A stretch of 64,000 nucleotides of DNA from Alphaproteobacteria bacterium. Lineage in GTDB: Bacteria; Pseudomonadota; Alphaproteobacteria; MPNO01; UBA830. The position numbers were made by a program, and so were the translations under genes. Positions 44,412 through 55,141 of the stretch are shown here, piece after piece; position 1 is the first letter of the stretch, and each line of letters starts with the position of its first letter. Under the pieces are notes generated by a model. It had not been told where the DNA came from, searched no databases, and saw only the letters and a program-made list of their open reading frames with translations. The stretch lies in the NCBI GenBank assembly GCA_965243135.1, contig OZ251539.1:640001-704000 (forward strand), given 5' to 3'.

Positions 44412-44523
44412 GGGTAACCTGATCCTGAAACTCCATGCTGGCCGCCGTACCGAATCGGCTTCCCCGGTGCGGAGCGCAGGCGGACGTGGGGAGGTGCGCG
44501 GGGATTTTGGGCGTCCGCCTCGG

Positions 44524-45987
44524 CTAAAGGGCCGACGTCCGCCAGAGATCGATAGCGCGAATGATACTTTCTTCAAGCCAGGGAGAAAAGCGATTCTCCG
44601 CCTGCTGCCTCGGTTCCCTGTAGTTGATCTGGAATACGCTGTCCGTCACAGGCTTGATCGCCCCTATCTCGCGTTCCCCCTCTTCGGTTTCGACTCTCTG
44701 GAACCAGCAAGACGAACATGCGAGCACGCCCTGATATTCCGGTCCAATCCCGTGAAACGATATCAATAATTCGCTTTGGTCGGTATTTCTCATAACCAAC
44801 CTCGCCCAAGAGCGATATGTGTGGGTATTTGCAAAATAACCAAGTTCTTTCGCTGTCTGCACGATTTGAAAGCGATAATAATGGTCATTGCTTTCGCCGT
44901 GTACGGCGCCGCCCGAAAAGAAAGTCGCATTCGTTATCAGTCCCTGCGTTTCCCTCTTCATGGTTTCCGCTATTTCGCTCAGGCGTTGAACCGTAGATTC
45001 GTGAAGCGATTTGGCGAGGTCTCGCGCAGCTTGCCATTCTTTCGCTAAAGATTGCTTCTTTTTCTGTAATTCTTTCCGAACTGCCAGAATTGCGTCCTCG
45101 GCGCGAGCTGATTTGATAACATCTTGGGCAATGCTCAAGGCTCTTATGAATTCGTCCTTTTGCAATCTTGAAAAATACTCGACCAATTGTCCGAGATCGC
45201 CCGCATCCGCAGCCTCGAGAGCTCCAATGTAAATGCTGCGCTCCCGGTCACGAACGACTAGCGGAAACCAACCATGCTTCACGAAAACCAGCGTAGCCAG
45301 CGCTCTTGCCACGCGCCCGTTCCCATCCTGAAAGGGATGAATTTGAGTGAATCTGTGATGCAGCCATGCTGCTTCCACTTCAGGTTGGACGCTGCTCCTT
45401 TCGTGATCGAGATGCATATCGATCAAACGATCCATTTCGCCGGATACGTGAATAGGCGGGCAATACTCATGAACTGCGCCATTATGCCTTTGGGGATTGT
45501 TGGGTTGTTTTTTGTACTCTCCAGAAATCAACGGGACTTGAACGGTTCTTCCCAAATTATCGACGCCTTCCACCGTAGATTGATGATTGGTAAAACGACA
45601 ATGTATTTCCTTTATATAACTTGTCGATAAACTGCGTTCTCCTTTTATGAATTCAAAAATGCCGTCGACAACGGATTCGTGATCGTTGATCATGGAAACG
45701 ACGATTTCAGGGTTTCGTGCCGCATTATGTGGAATGAGTGATGCGTCAATACCGTGTTCGATCAACAGCTGAGTGATGCCTCTATCGAGAACGTATAGGC
45801 GTTCAACCAAACCGGTTTCTATAGCCCACTCGCGCTTCAATTTTTCGTTAAATTTTTGGAACGCGTCCAATCCTTGGAGTCGGTCTCGTTGTTCTTGCCA
45901 TACGCTTGCAAGCGTTCTGAGTTCGGGTTGCGACAGTTTTTCCGGGCTAACGGTATAGTCGTCAATCGGCGTCCATCCATGGTTCAT
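44524..45987 (-). CDS. Fic-family protein with long C-terminal extension
   Basis: Canonical HPFQDGNGRVAR motif and AIETG; visibly lower GC than its neighbours. Confidence 0.92.
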   Translation of the reverse strand: MNHGWTPIDDYTVSPEKLSQPELRTLASVWQEQRDRLQGLDAFQKFNEKLKREWAIETGLVERLYVLDRGITQLLIEHGIDASLIPHNAARNPEIVVSMINDHESVVDGIFEFIKGERSLSTSYIKEIHCRFTNHQSTVEGVDNLGRTVQVPLISGEYKKQPNNPQRHNGAVHEYCPPIHVSGEMDRLIDMHLDHERSSVQPEVEAAWLHHRFTQIHPFQDGNGRVARALATLVFVKHGWFPLVVRDRERSIYIGALEAADAGDLGQLVEYFSRLQKDEFIRALSIAQDVIKSARAEDAILAVRKELQKKKQSLAKEWQAARDLAKSLHESTVQRLSEIAETMKRETQGLITNATFFSGGAVHGESNDHYYRFQIVQTAKELGYFANTHTYRSWARLVMRNTDQSELLISFHGIGPEYQGVLACSSCWFQRVETEEGEREIGAIKPVTDSVFQINYREPRQQAENRFSPWLEESIIRAIDLWRTSAL

Positions 45988-47413
45988 GGAAGGTTCTCCA
46001 GAACAGCCATCGTCCGGTGCAAGTTATCTCTCTTCGAATCTGGAGATGCGTATCGGACGAAGAATTTCGTGCAGAAGACAATATAGATGAGATGCTTGTC
46101 CGGTCAAGGTCGGACGCTCAAGCCTGCGTCACGCTCTTCGCCGCAGGCGAGCGTCGGTGCATTCTTTCGGTCAAGGCGTCCGAGGCCGATCAACTGTGAG
46201 CGCATGGCCATCCGCAAGACGCCGAAGTGGTTCGCGGATCTCCCTGTTTTCGGAATGGTCGCATGCTTCCATGCTGTCCACGGCGGGGAAAGGGCTGAGC
46301 AAATCCGCGCGAAGGCGCGCTGCGCCTTCCGACGGTAGCTGTAAGTGCGCATTGCGAGGTATGGCGCTTCTGAAACGCGGCGTCCGTCCGTCTTTCCCGA
46401 TCGAGGATCGCTTTGCGCCATGCCGTACCCCAACCGCCAGGCGTCGACGTACATCGTGCTTGGCGACCCCGGTTCGTCGAGTAACGCTACCCGTCCTTCG
46501 GAACGGTATGGAAGCCCTGCCGCCTCGCTGTTTCCGCAATCTCCTGCTCGGAAACCACATCGTCGAGGGCGCGTACGCGCAGGGCGGCGCCGACAGCCGC
46601 CCCGCGCCTGCTCTTCAAAATCATCCGCGCTGGCAAGATGCTGGCGGCTCAGACGCTCGTCGGCTTCATCGTGCCCGAACTGCGCTTCGGGCCAGCGGAA
46701 GCGCGCAAGTCGAGGTTCGCGACGCTCTATCGTCAGGTCGTTCCGCAGGTGATGAAGGTGTGTTTTCTTCCGCTCGTCGAGACAGGACAGCATTTCCTTC
46801 GCGAAACGTCAATAGCGCTTTCCGGACTTATGGCCGGAAGGGCTTTCCGCCGTGGCGAACCGAGGTAACGGAGCAAGGATCCGGAGACGGCTCGGAGATC
46901 ATGCAGGACATCGGCATAAAAATCGTTGATGCATGCATAACCATGGCCGACATGCAGTGCGTCAAGTCCCGGTCGAGCACAGCCTCCTATGGTCTCGGAC
47001 CGAGCCGCCGCCAATTCTACAGGAGCCGTTCAGCGAGCAGGTAGCTGGCAGCGGCCGACATCCACGCGCTCGACGTCTTTGACGACGGCCGGCAAGCTGT
47101 CGTTCGCCGTCATGGAGAGCAGGCCGAAGGTTGCCTCCGCTGGGCCCCGCCAAGGGATTCGCAGGACAGGGGATTTTCAGTTCGTTCGACCATCTCGCCA
47201 GCCCGCCGGCCCGTCTCGGCATGGCGTTGCCGCTGCCCGGTTCGTAGCCGCCTCCCGTCGCTCGCCGAGACGGCCTCGTCGGCTCGGCAGCGAGAATTGT
47301 CGACAGCTCGTTTTCTCCGAGGCTGCCGACCGGTCGATGCGTTCGGAACGAATTCGCCGGGCCGTCGGGCATACGGTATGCTGGAGCGTCCCGAGACGGA
47401 AGTGACGCTCTGC

Positions 47414-49600
47414 ATGAATTCTTCGATTCCTGCCGCCGACCGCGAAGTTCTTGCCGGCCCTGTCGAGCGGGTAACCTTTCACAACGAAGAGAACGGGTAC
47501 TGCGTACTGCGCGTCAGGGCGCGAGGGCAGCGCGAGCCGGTCGCCGTCATCGGTTACGCTGCGACCGTTTCCGAGGGCGAATGGATTACCGCTTCCGGCG
47601 ATTGGGAGGAGGATCGCAAATACGGTCGGCAGTTTCGCGCCGGGTTCATAAGGGTGTCCGAACCCACGTCCGCCGACGGGATCGAGAAATATCTCCGTTC
47701 GGGCATGATCCAGGGCATCGGGCCGATCTATGCGAAGAAACTGGTGCGCGCGTTCGGCGACCGCGTGTTCGAGGTGATCGAAGAGACGCCCGAGCGCCTT
47801 CGGGAAGTGGACGGCATCGGCCCCATGCGGGCGGAAAGAATAACGGCCGCCTGGGCCGAGCAGAAGGCGGTCCGCGAAATCATGATTTTTCTGCACGAGC
47901 ACGGGGTCGGGACGGCGCGCGCGGTCCGCATCTTCAAGACCTACGGCTCCGATGCGGTCCAGGTGATGACCGTCAACCCATATCGTCTGGCGCGCGACAT
48001 TCGCGGCATCGGATTCAAGATCGCCGACGCCATCGCCATGCGGCTCGGCATAGAAAAGACTGCCGAGGTGCGAATCCGGGCCGGGATTTCCCATGCGCTC
48101 GCCGAAGCGGTGGAGGAAGGACATTGCGGCTTGCCGAAGGACGAGCTTCTTCCCTTTGCTGCGGAGCTTCTGGACGTTCCGGCGACGCTTGTCCCTTCCG
48201 CCCTCGATCTGGAACTCGGGGATGGACATGTCGTCGCCGACGAGGCCGACGGGACGCCGTGCATTTTCCTGGCGAACCTTTACCGGGCCGAGCGGATTAT
48301 CGCCGGCAAATTGCGTTCGCTTTCCGCCGGCGCGCTTCCGTGGTCGCCGATCGATCCGCATCGAGCGTTGCCGTGGCTCGAACGGCAAACCGGGTTCAGG
48401 CTTGCGGATGGCCAGAAGGAGGCCGTCCGCATGGCGTTGGCGTCGAAGGTCATGGTGGTCACCGGCGGTCCGGGCGTCGGCAAAACGACGATCGTAAATT
48501 CCATTCTTCGCATTCTGTCGATCAGGAAGGTTCGCATCGTCTTGTGCGCTCCGACCGGCCGCGCGGCCAAGCGCATGAGCGAGGTCACCGGCAAGGAAGC
48601 CAAGACCATACATCGGCTTCTCGAAGTCAACCCCAGGTCGGGCGGCTTCAGGCGGAACGCCGATAACCCGCTCGACTGCGAACTCTTGGTGGTCGACGAG
48701 ACCTCGATGGTCGACGTTCCTCTCATGCTGGCGTTGGTGAACGCGGTTCCCGACAGCGCCGCGCTGTTGATGGTCGGCGACATCGACCAACTGCCCTCGG
48801 TCGGTCCGGGACAGGTGCTTGCCGACGTCATCGGTTCCTCGGTTCTCCCGGTCGCGCATCTTGCGGAGGTGTTCCGTCAGGCGGCTCGCAGCCGCATCGT
48901 CGAAAACGCGCACCGCATCAACGAAGGGATCGTTCCCGATCTCGGCAAGCCCGACCGCGAGAGCGACTTCTATTTCGTGCCGGCGGAAAACCCGGACGCC
49001 GCGGCGTCGAGGATCCTCGATCTCGTCCGCAACCGCATACCGCAGCGTTTCGGTTTCGATCCGGTGCGCGACATCCAGGTCCTGTGCCCCATGAACCGCG
49101 GCGGATTGGGGGCCCGCTCGCTCAACGTCGAGCTGCAGGCGGCCCTGAATCCGGCCGGCGACCGCAAGGTGGAGCGTTTCGGATGGACGTTCGCGCCCGG
49201 CGACAAGGTCATGCAGATCGAGAACGACTACGACAGGGACGTCTACAACGGCGATATCGGCTACGTCGTCGATGCCGATCCCGAACTCGGCGAGGTGACG
49301 GCTGAATTCGACGGCCGCAGGGTGGTCTATCGCTTCGGCGATCTCGACATGCTGGTGCCGGCCTACGCGGTCACCATCCACAAGAGTCAGGGTTCGGAAT
49401 ATCCCGCGGTCGTCATTCCGCTCATGACGCAGCATCACGTCATGCTGCAAAGAAACCTGCTCTACACGGGCGTCACCCGAGGCAAGCGGCTGGTGGTCCT
49501 CGCCGGTCAGAGAAGGGCCGTCGCCACCGCGGTGCAGAGCGTGTCCGGGCGCCGCAGGTGGTCGAGGCTCCGGGAATGGATGGGCGGAACGGCATCCTGA
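47414..49600 (+). CDS. recD2: ATP-dependent RecD-like DNA helicase (RecD2/TraA type)
   Basis: HhH motifs (GIGP), NPYRL, GGPGVGKTT, APTGRAAKR, DETSM and YAVTIHKSQGSE. Confidence 0.93.
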   Translation: MNSSIPAADREVLAGPVERVTFHNEENGYCVLRVRARGQREPVAVIGYAATVSEGEWITASGDWEEDRKYGRQFRAGFIRVSEPTSADGIEKYLRSGMIQGIGPIYAKKLVRAFGDRVFEVIEETPERLREVDGIGPMRAERITAAWAEQKAVREIMIFLHEHGVGTARAVRIFKTYGSDAVQVMTVNPYRLARDIRGIGFKIADAIAMRLGIEKTAEVRIRAGISHALAEAVEEGHCGLPKDELLPFAAELLDVPATLVPSALDLELGDGHVVADEADGTPCIFLANLYRAERIIAGKLRSLSAGALPWSPIDPHRALPWLERQTGFRLADGQKEAVRMALASKVMVVTGGPGVGKTTIVNSILRILSIRKVRIVLCAPTGRAAKRMSEVTGKEAKTIHRLLEVNPRSGGFRRNADNPLDCELLVVDETSMVDVPLMLALVNAVPDSAALLMVGDIDQLPSVGPGQVLADVIGSSVLPVAHLAEVFRQAARSRIVENAHRINEGIVPDLGKPDRESDFYFVPAENPDAAASRILDLVRNRIPQRFGFDPVRDIQVLCPMNRGGLGARSLNVELQAALNPAGDRKVERFGWTFAPGDKVMQIENDYDRDVYNGDIGYVVDADPELGEVTAEFDGRRVVYRFGDLDMLVPAYAVTIHKSQGSEYPAVVIPLMTQHHVMLQRNLLYTGVTRGKRLVVLAGQRRAVATAVQSVSGRRRWSRLREWMGGTAS

Positions 49601-49927
49601 ACGGCGACCTCTCCGGCCTGCCTCTTCCTGCCGGTCCCACTCCCTGCCGCCGAGCCTCCACGCCTCCGCCTCGTGTCCTGGCGACGACGTGGATTCCGCA
49701 GGGACGCGCTTCACGCTCCTGGCCCACCGGCAGGACAACCGAGGGAACGGACTGTACGCAAGCGCCAGGAGCCGTGGGAGGTGTCGGCGCGCGCGGCGGC
49801 ACGGAGTTCGGGGATCGCAGGGAGGTTGCCGAGGCTCGCGCCGTTCTTCCTCGCCATGCGCCGGTTTGACGGGCGGCGGCGATGCGCCTATAGTGACCCC
49901 AACGAGAAAATCGTGGAAATCAATGAA

Positions 49928-50731
49928 GTGACCAGTTTCGAACAAGCGTTCGGCGATGCGGAAAACGCGGCCGAAGCGGCCCGAAAGTCCGCGTCCCAGG
50001 TGGTCTCGCAGGCCAAGGCCCTGACGAAAGCCGCGCAAAGCGGCAACATCGCCGCCATCAAACGCGGCCAGGAGAAACTCAAGGAAGCCTTGGCGGAGCT
50101 TGAGCAGGAGGTTTCCAACGCCAGCGCCTGTTGGCCGTTTACGGACGAGGAAGAGAAGCGGAAATTCGACGACGGATATGCCGCCGAGCTCCAGAACGCT
50201 GCCGACGGGATCGGCCTGAAAATCTACGAACGGGACGGACTTCTGATTTCCTATCCATCCATCGTGCGCACGTTGTCGGCGGACTGCGCCGTGAGGGTGG
50301 ACAGGAAGAAGGTTTCCACGATAAGGCCGTCGTATCTTGCCGATTTTCTGCTCAAAAATCAGAACAAATCCAGCGGGTTTCCGCCGGAACGTTTTCTTGA
50401 GACGTTGCATGCCGTTTACAAGGAAGTGGTTTCCGAAGGGGCTTCGGGTCTTGCGCAGGGCAGCGGCGGCCGCGTCGTTCCGCTGGCCAGAATTTACAGG
50501 CTGATAACGGCCCTGCCGGGCGGTTCGCGGGAATACGATCGCGCGGATTTCGCTCGGGATCTGTACAAGCTCGACTCGGAGGGGATCGACCGCACCAAAA
50601 GCGGAGCCGCGGTCTCCTTTCCGTCTTCGACGGGAACCCGCCGGCGTTCGAGCGACCTGTTTTCGTTCGTCGGACCGGACGGCAATAACGTCGAGTACTA
50701 CGGCATCCGCTTCAGTGAGAACGACGCATGA
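49928..50731 (+). CDS. Hypothetical protein, first gene of the DUF2791 cluster
   Basis: Helical/coiled-coil N-terminus and alpha/beta C-terminus (IRPS, VPLARIY, YDRADFARDLY). ATGA-coupled to the next gene. Start uncertain. Confidence 0.75.
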   Translation: MTSFEQAFGDAENAAEAARKSASQVVSQAKALTKAAQSGNIAAIKRGQEKLKEALAELEQEVSNASACWPFTDEEEKRKFDDGYAAELQNAADGIGLKIYERDGLLISYPSIVRTLSADCAVRVDRKKVSTIRPSYLADFLLKNQNKSSGFPPERFLETLHAVYKEVVSEGASGLAQGSGGRVVPLARIYRLITALPGGSREYDRADFARDLYKLDSEGIDRTKSGAAVSFPSSTGTRRRSSDLFSFVGPDGNNVEYYGIRFSENDA

Positions 50732-51687
50732 ACAACGCGATATCCGGCGACGAGTGGCTTGACGTCATTGATGCGGAATATCTTTCCACCTTCGTCAGGG
50801 ACGGCGGATCCGCCGTCAAATTCGCGGTGACGGGAGAGGAACGAAGACCGTCCATATCGGAAAAGATAAAACTCAAATGCGAGGCGTCGAATTACGTTTT
50901 TGCGCAACTGAACGCCGTCGACAGCCGCATGCATATGCCGCAGGACATTTTTTTCGGACTGGCGTCCCGGATCGACTGGCGGCTATTGGCGCGCCGCGTC
51001 GTCTTGCGCCTTCTTTCGGAGACGAAGTATCGCGTCGACGGCATCGATCCCGGCGGGGCCGGCAACGTCGTCGACGCCGTAGCTTACGCCAACGGGCTTG
51101 AATCTCAAACCGTTGTCTTCGAACTTAGGAGGGCCTTGGAGAGGGAGGTATTGAAAAATCCCAATCTGGCGAAGGCGTTTCGCGGGGCCATGCATCATCT
51201 CTGCCTGATCGAGTGCGATAGCGCTGCGCCCGGGGAGTATGCCGGGCAGCCGTTGCTGGATTGGCTCACGGGCGTCAACATCCGCGTCGGCAACGTGCGC
51301 CAGTTCGGGATACATACCGGCATAAATCGAACGACGGCGCGCTATTTCGTGGAGTCGGCCTTTCACTGGGTGCGTCAGGCGGAATATTCCGGAACGGTCA
51401 TTTTTTTGGACAACAGCCGCGTGCTCTTGGCTCGCAACCCGAGAGACGGCCGACGATACTATACCAGGGCGATGACGATGGATCATTACGAATTGCTGCG
51501 CGAGTTTATCGACGACGTGGATCGATTGTCGGGAGCGTTGCTGATCGTTGCGACCGATTACGATTTCGTGGACGAGCAAGCGCCGAGGGGGTGGAGCGTC
51601 TACGACGCGCTTCGGACGAGAGTGATGGACGACGTGCGGGACAGGAACCTGGTCAATCCAGCGGCCGCGCTGGTGAGGCTTTCATAG
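50728..51687 (+). CDS. DUF2791/BrxD-like protein with degenerate P-loop
   Basis: EYLSTFVRDGGSAVKF, ELLREFIDD and YDALRTR resemble the BrxD family. The Walker A position reads VTGEERR and the Walker B position reads IFLDNS. Confidence 0.65.
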   Translation: MNNAISGDEWLDVIDAEYLSTFVRDGGSAVKFAVTGEERRPSISEKIKLKCEASNYVFAQLNAVDSRMHMPQDIFFGLASRIDWRLLARRVVLRLLSETKYRVDGIDPGGAGNVVDAVAYANGLESQTVVFELRRALEREVLKNPNLAKAFRGAMHHLCLIECDSAAPGEYAGQPLLDWLTGVNIRVGNVRQFGIHTGINRTTARYFVESAFHWVRQAEYSGTVIFLDNSRVLLARNPRDGRRYYTRAMTMDHYELLREFIDDVDRLSGALLIVATDYDFVDEQAPRGWSVYDALRTRVMDDVRDRNLVNPAAALVRLS

Positions 51688-51699
51688 GGGGCCGGTCGG

Positions 51700-52962
51700 A
51701 TGCCGAACCAGGAAAACGCGACGCTGGATTCCCGTCGGGCGATCGAAGCTTTGCGCAACGGCGTTCCGAACCGGGAAGCCGTGCGCCAGTTGGGCTGCAA
51801 TCAGCCGCAGGCGATCGCCCGTTTCCGCGAGATGCTGGATCATGCTGTCGAGCGTCGCGAGTCTCCGGACCGGGGCATGGTGATTTCGGGAGATTTCGGT
51901 GCGGGAAAGTCGCACCTTCTGGGTTATCTGGAACACATGGCGCTGTCCCGGAACTTCGTTTGCAGCAGGGTGGCGATCAGCAAGGAAACGCCGTTCTACG
52001 ATCTCGGAAAGGTGTTCGCGTCCGCCGTCGAGAACGGTCGCCTGCCCGACCGGGGCGGACGCTTCGTCGAAGAGTTGGCGGCGGCTTTGAAAAGCGACCC
52101 GGACGCATGCGGGGATTTCCTCAGGTGGGCCGAGGTTGCCGCCGACGACGGACTCTTGAATCAAGTCTTTGCCGCGAGCCTGCGAGTATACGATAGAACT
52201 CAGGATTCCGAATTGAGTCACGATATCGAATCCTTTTGGGCCGGAGACAGAATGCGGACTGCGAGCATACGCGGCGGGCTCAGGCAGATCGGGGAGTCGA
52301 AAAAGTACAAGTTCCGGGCTCCGAAGGTTTCGGAACTCCCGCCTCAGCGGCTTCGGTTCGCGATCGAGCTCGTCAAATACGCAGGTTACAATGGCTGGGT
52401 CATTTTGCTGGACGAAATCGAACTTATGGGTTCGTATTCGATATTGCAGCGCGGACGTTCCTATGCGGAGGTGGCGCGATGGATGGGACTCGCCGAAGGC
52501 GAGGCGTACCCCGGGATGATCGCGGTCGGCGCGGTAACGGCGGATTTCGCGTCCGTCATCATCAGTCCCGACGGGCAGAAGAGGGACCGGGACTACATCC
52601 GTCCGAAGCTGGAAGGCAACCCCAGATTCAACGTGATTTGCGGACGGGCGGAAGCCGGCATGCGAGTGCTGGAGGACGACTGCCTGGCCTTGGAATCGCC
52701 CAGCGAAGCGGACTTGAATCAAACCGTGGAGAAGTTGCGGCTGTTGTACGAAAACGCCTATGGGTGGTCGCCGCCTATGCAGAATGCGACCATCGGAGGC
52801 GCGGGATTCCAGAGACGAATGCGACACAAGGTGCGCGCCGCGATCAACGAATGGGATTTGATCCGGCTGCATCCTGATTACGGACCGGATACGGAGGTCG
52901 ATCCTTATTCTACAGGATACGAGGAAAATTCCGATCTGGAGCGCGAATCCCGGGACGGGTAG
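51700..52962 (+). CDS. DUF2791/BrxD-like P-loop ATPase
   Basis: RRAIEALRNGVP N-terminus, Walker A GDFGAGKSH, ISKETP, Walker B GWVILLDEIE. Confidence 0.8.
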   Translation: MPNQENATLDSRRAIEALRNGVPNREAVRQLGCNQPQAIARFREMLDHAVERRESPDRGMVISGDFGAGKSHLLGYLEHMALSRNFVCSRVAISKETPFYDLGKVFASAVENGRLPDRGGRFVEELAAALKSDPDACGDFLRWAEVAADDGLLNQVFAASLRVYDRTQDSELSHDIESFWAGDRMRTASIRGGLRQIGESKKYKFRAPKVSELPPQRLRFAIELVKYAGYNGWVILLDEIELMGSYSILQRGRSYAEVARWMGLAEGEAYPGMIAVGAVTADFASVIISPDGQKRDRDYIRPKLEGNPRFNVICGRAEAGMRVLEDDCLALESPSEADLNQTVEKLRLLYENAYGWSPPMQNATIGGAGFQRRMRHKVRAAINEWDLIRLHPDYGPDTEVDPYSTGYEENSDLERESRDG

Positions 52963-52985
52963 CTTCCGGCCGGCCGGAACGCAGC

Positions 52986-55013
52986 GTGCCCATACCCTTC
53001 CGCGAGGAAAGCGAGTCCGCCGGCGTCGTGGCGTGGCTGCGGGTCGTCGAAGACGGGCGCGGCGTTCGGGCCGCTCTTTTCGAAACTACGGTCGCCGGGG
53101 AGCCGCTGGGGTATTGTTTCGCCGGGGCGGGAGAAGACCGGCTGGATGACCGCGCCGCGGCCGGCGCAAGATTGGCGAAATCGCTGTTCCGCGCGTCCCC
53201 GAATTCGCCGGTTCTGCTGCTGGGATCGGCGGACGATCCGCTTCCAGGGGCGGACGAGATAGGCGTGCCGTTCGGTCGCGTTCGACCGGCATGGCCGCCG
53301 CCCGCGGTCGCCGCCCCTGCGAACTGCGCCGACGGCCTGTCGTGGTCGACGGAGCCGCCGCGACCGGCATCGGAGGCCGCCGGAGCGCTTCGCGAAATCG
53401 GGAAGCGGGCCGATCCGTTCGAACCGCTCGAGCGGACGGCCAAGGGGCTCGAAGAGGCGTTCGGCGATCCGCAAGTTCGGACCCTGACCGGCCTTCAGGG
53501 CCTGACGACGGTCATTTCGTTGCCGCCGCCCCCTGAAGCCCCGGGAGCGCCGGATACCTTCGGGGAATCGTCTTTCCGATTTCCGCCGGAGAGCGCGGTC
53601 GGCCGCGGCCTGGCGGAACGGTTGTGGAGGATTCTGGCCAAGCCCCGGAGAATCCCGCTCTTGGATACGCGCCTGGAATGGCCGGCGACCCTTATGCCGT
53701 TTCAGCTCGACGGAGTGCGCGCGTTGATCGAGATGGATCGCCTGCTTCTGTCGGACGACATGGGGCTGGGCAAGACCGTGCAAGCCGTGGCGGCGTTACG
53801 GCTTCTCAAGCTGGGCGGACGGATCCGGTCGAGCCTTGTGGTCGCTCCCGCGAGCGTGCTCGATCAGTGGAGGCGGGAGATCGCGAAGTGGGCGCCGGAA
53901 CTGTCGGCGATCATCGTCCGAGGCTCGGCCGAGGATCGAGCTTGGCAATGGAAGGCCGCGACCGATTGTACGCTGACGAGTTACGAAGTCTTGCGTTTCG
54001 ACGCGGGCGATCTGCGCAAGCTCAGGGCAACGCCGTGGGACGTCGTCGTGTTGGACGAGGCGCAGCGGATCAAGAACCGAAACGACACCAGCGAAGCCGT
54101 GAAGAACGTTCCGAGGCGCCGTTCGTGGGCGTTGACGGGCACTCCCATCGAGAATCACGAGGACGACCTGGCTTCCATCATGGAGTTCGTCGACTGCGAC
54201 GGAAAAACGCCGCCCAAGCGTTACTTTCCCGGCGCGGCGCTGCTGACGCGGCATCGGGAAGTGCAGCTCCGGCGAAAGAAGAGCGACGTATTGAAGGAGC
54301 TGCCTCCCAAACTGGAGACCAAATTGGCGATTGCGTTGCATCGGGAGCAGTGGGCCAGTTACGAAAAGGCGGAACGCGAAGGGATCGTATTTCTCAAGTC
54401 GCTCGGAAAAGAAGTCGGCATCGGCCACATGCTCGAACTGATTACCCGCCTGAAGCAGATTTGCAACGCCGATCCCAGAACGGGAGCCTCAAGCAAGCTG
54501 GACAATATACACGACAGACTGCGGGAGTTGACGGCGCAAGGCCACAAGGCTCTGGTTTTTTCTCAATACGTCGGCGACATTTCGGGCGTGGCCGCCGCCG
54601 CCAGGCGCCTGCGCGAGTTCAATCCGCTCGTTCTGACGGGCGACACTCCTCTGGAGGAGCGTTCGTCCCTATTGGATCGATTCAAGACCCGGGACGAGCA
54701 CAAGGCGATCGTCATATCGTTGCGGGCGGGCGGCCTCGGGCTTAATTTGCAGGAGGCCTCCTACGTTTTCCATCTGGATCGCTGGTGGAATCCCGCCGTC
54801 GAACGACAGGCGGAGGACAGGAGCCATCGTCTCGGGCAGAAGGTCAAGGTGAACGTGATCAAGTACTCCTGCGTCGGCACGATCGAGGAACGCATAGACC
54901 GAATTCTGGAGCAAAAGCAGAAGTTGTTCGAGAAGGTCGTCGACGACGTCTCGCTGGACCTGTCTGCGCGACTCAGCCGGGAGGAAATGCTGGAATTGTT
55001 TGGACTGCGTTAG
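52986..55013 (+). CDS. SNF2-family helicase with unassigned ~220-aa N-terminal region
   Basis: Motifs DDMGLGKT, VLDEAQRIKN, LTGTPIEN, SLRAGGLGLNL and WWNPAVERQAEDRSHRLGQ. Confidence 0.92.
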   Translation: MPIPFREESESAGVVAWLRVVEDGRGVRAALFETTVAGEPLGYCFAGAGEDRLDDRAAAGARLAKSLFRASPNSPVLLLGSADDPLPGADEIGVPFGRVRPAWPPPAVAAPANCADGLSWSTEPPRPASEAAGALREIGKRADPFEPLERTAKGLEEAFGDPQVRTLTGLQGLTTVISLPPPPEAPGAPDTFGESSFRFPPESAVGRGLAERLWRILAKPRRIPLLDTRLEWPATLMPFQLDGVRALIEMDRLLLSDDMGLGKTVQAVAALRLLKLGGRIRSSLVVAPASVLDQWRREIAKWAPELSAIIVRGSAEDRAWQWKAATDCTLTSYEVLRFDAGDLRKLRATPWDVVVLDEAQRIKNRNDTSEAVKNVPRRRSWALTGTPIENHEDDLASIMEFVDCDGKTPPKRYFPGAALLTRHREVQLRRKKSDVLKELPPKLETKLAIALHREQWASYEKAEREGIVFLKSLGKEVGIGHMLELITRLKQICNADPRTGASSKLDNIHDRLRELTAQGHKALVFSQYVGDISGVAAAARRLREFNPLVLTGDTPLEERSSLLDRFKTRDEHKAIVISLRAGGLGLNLQEASYVFHLDRWWNPAVERQAEDRSHRLGQKVKVNVIKYSCVGTIEERIDRILEQKQKLFEKVVDDVSLDLSARLSREEMLELFGLR

Positions 55014-55141
55014 CGTGGAAGGCGTCGCCGCCGACTTGGCCCGCAGGCGGGCGGACGCTCCGATGGCGGGTTGCCGCGGCGCGGGGCACCTTTCGTCAAA
55101 TAATAGTTGATTCCGCGAATCGGCGAGGCTACTATCGGCGT

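Noticed and set aside
46100-47300. Possible IS remnant (TGTAAGTGCGC end near 46341) and gene fragments
   Set aside because: Too degraded to assign a family by eye.
50728-55013. Canonical BREX or Shango system
   Set aside because: No pglZ, pglX, pglW or brxC and no TerB-like gene in the window; the helicase is SNF2-type.
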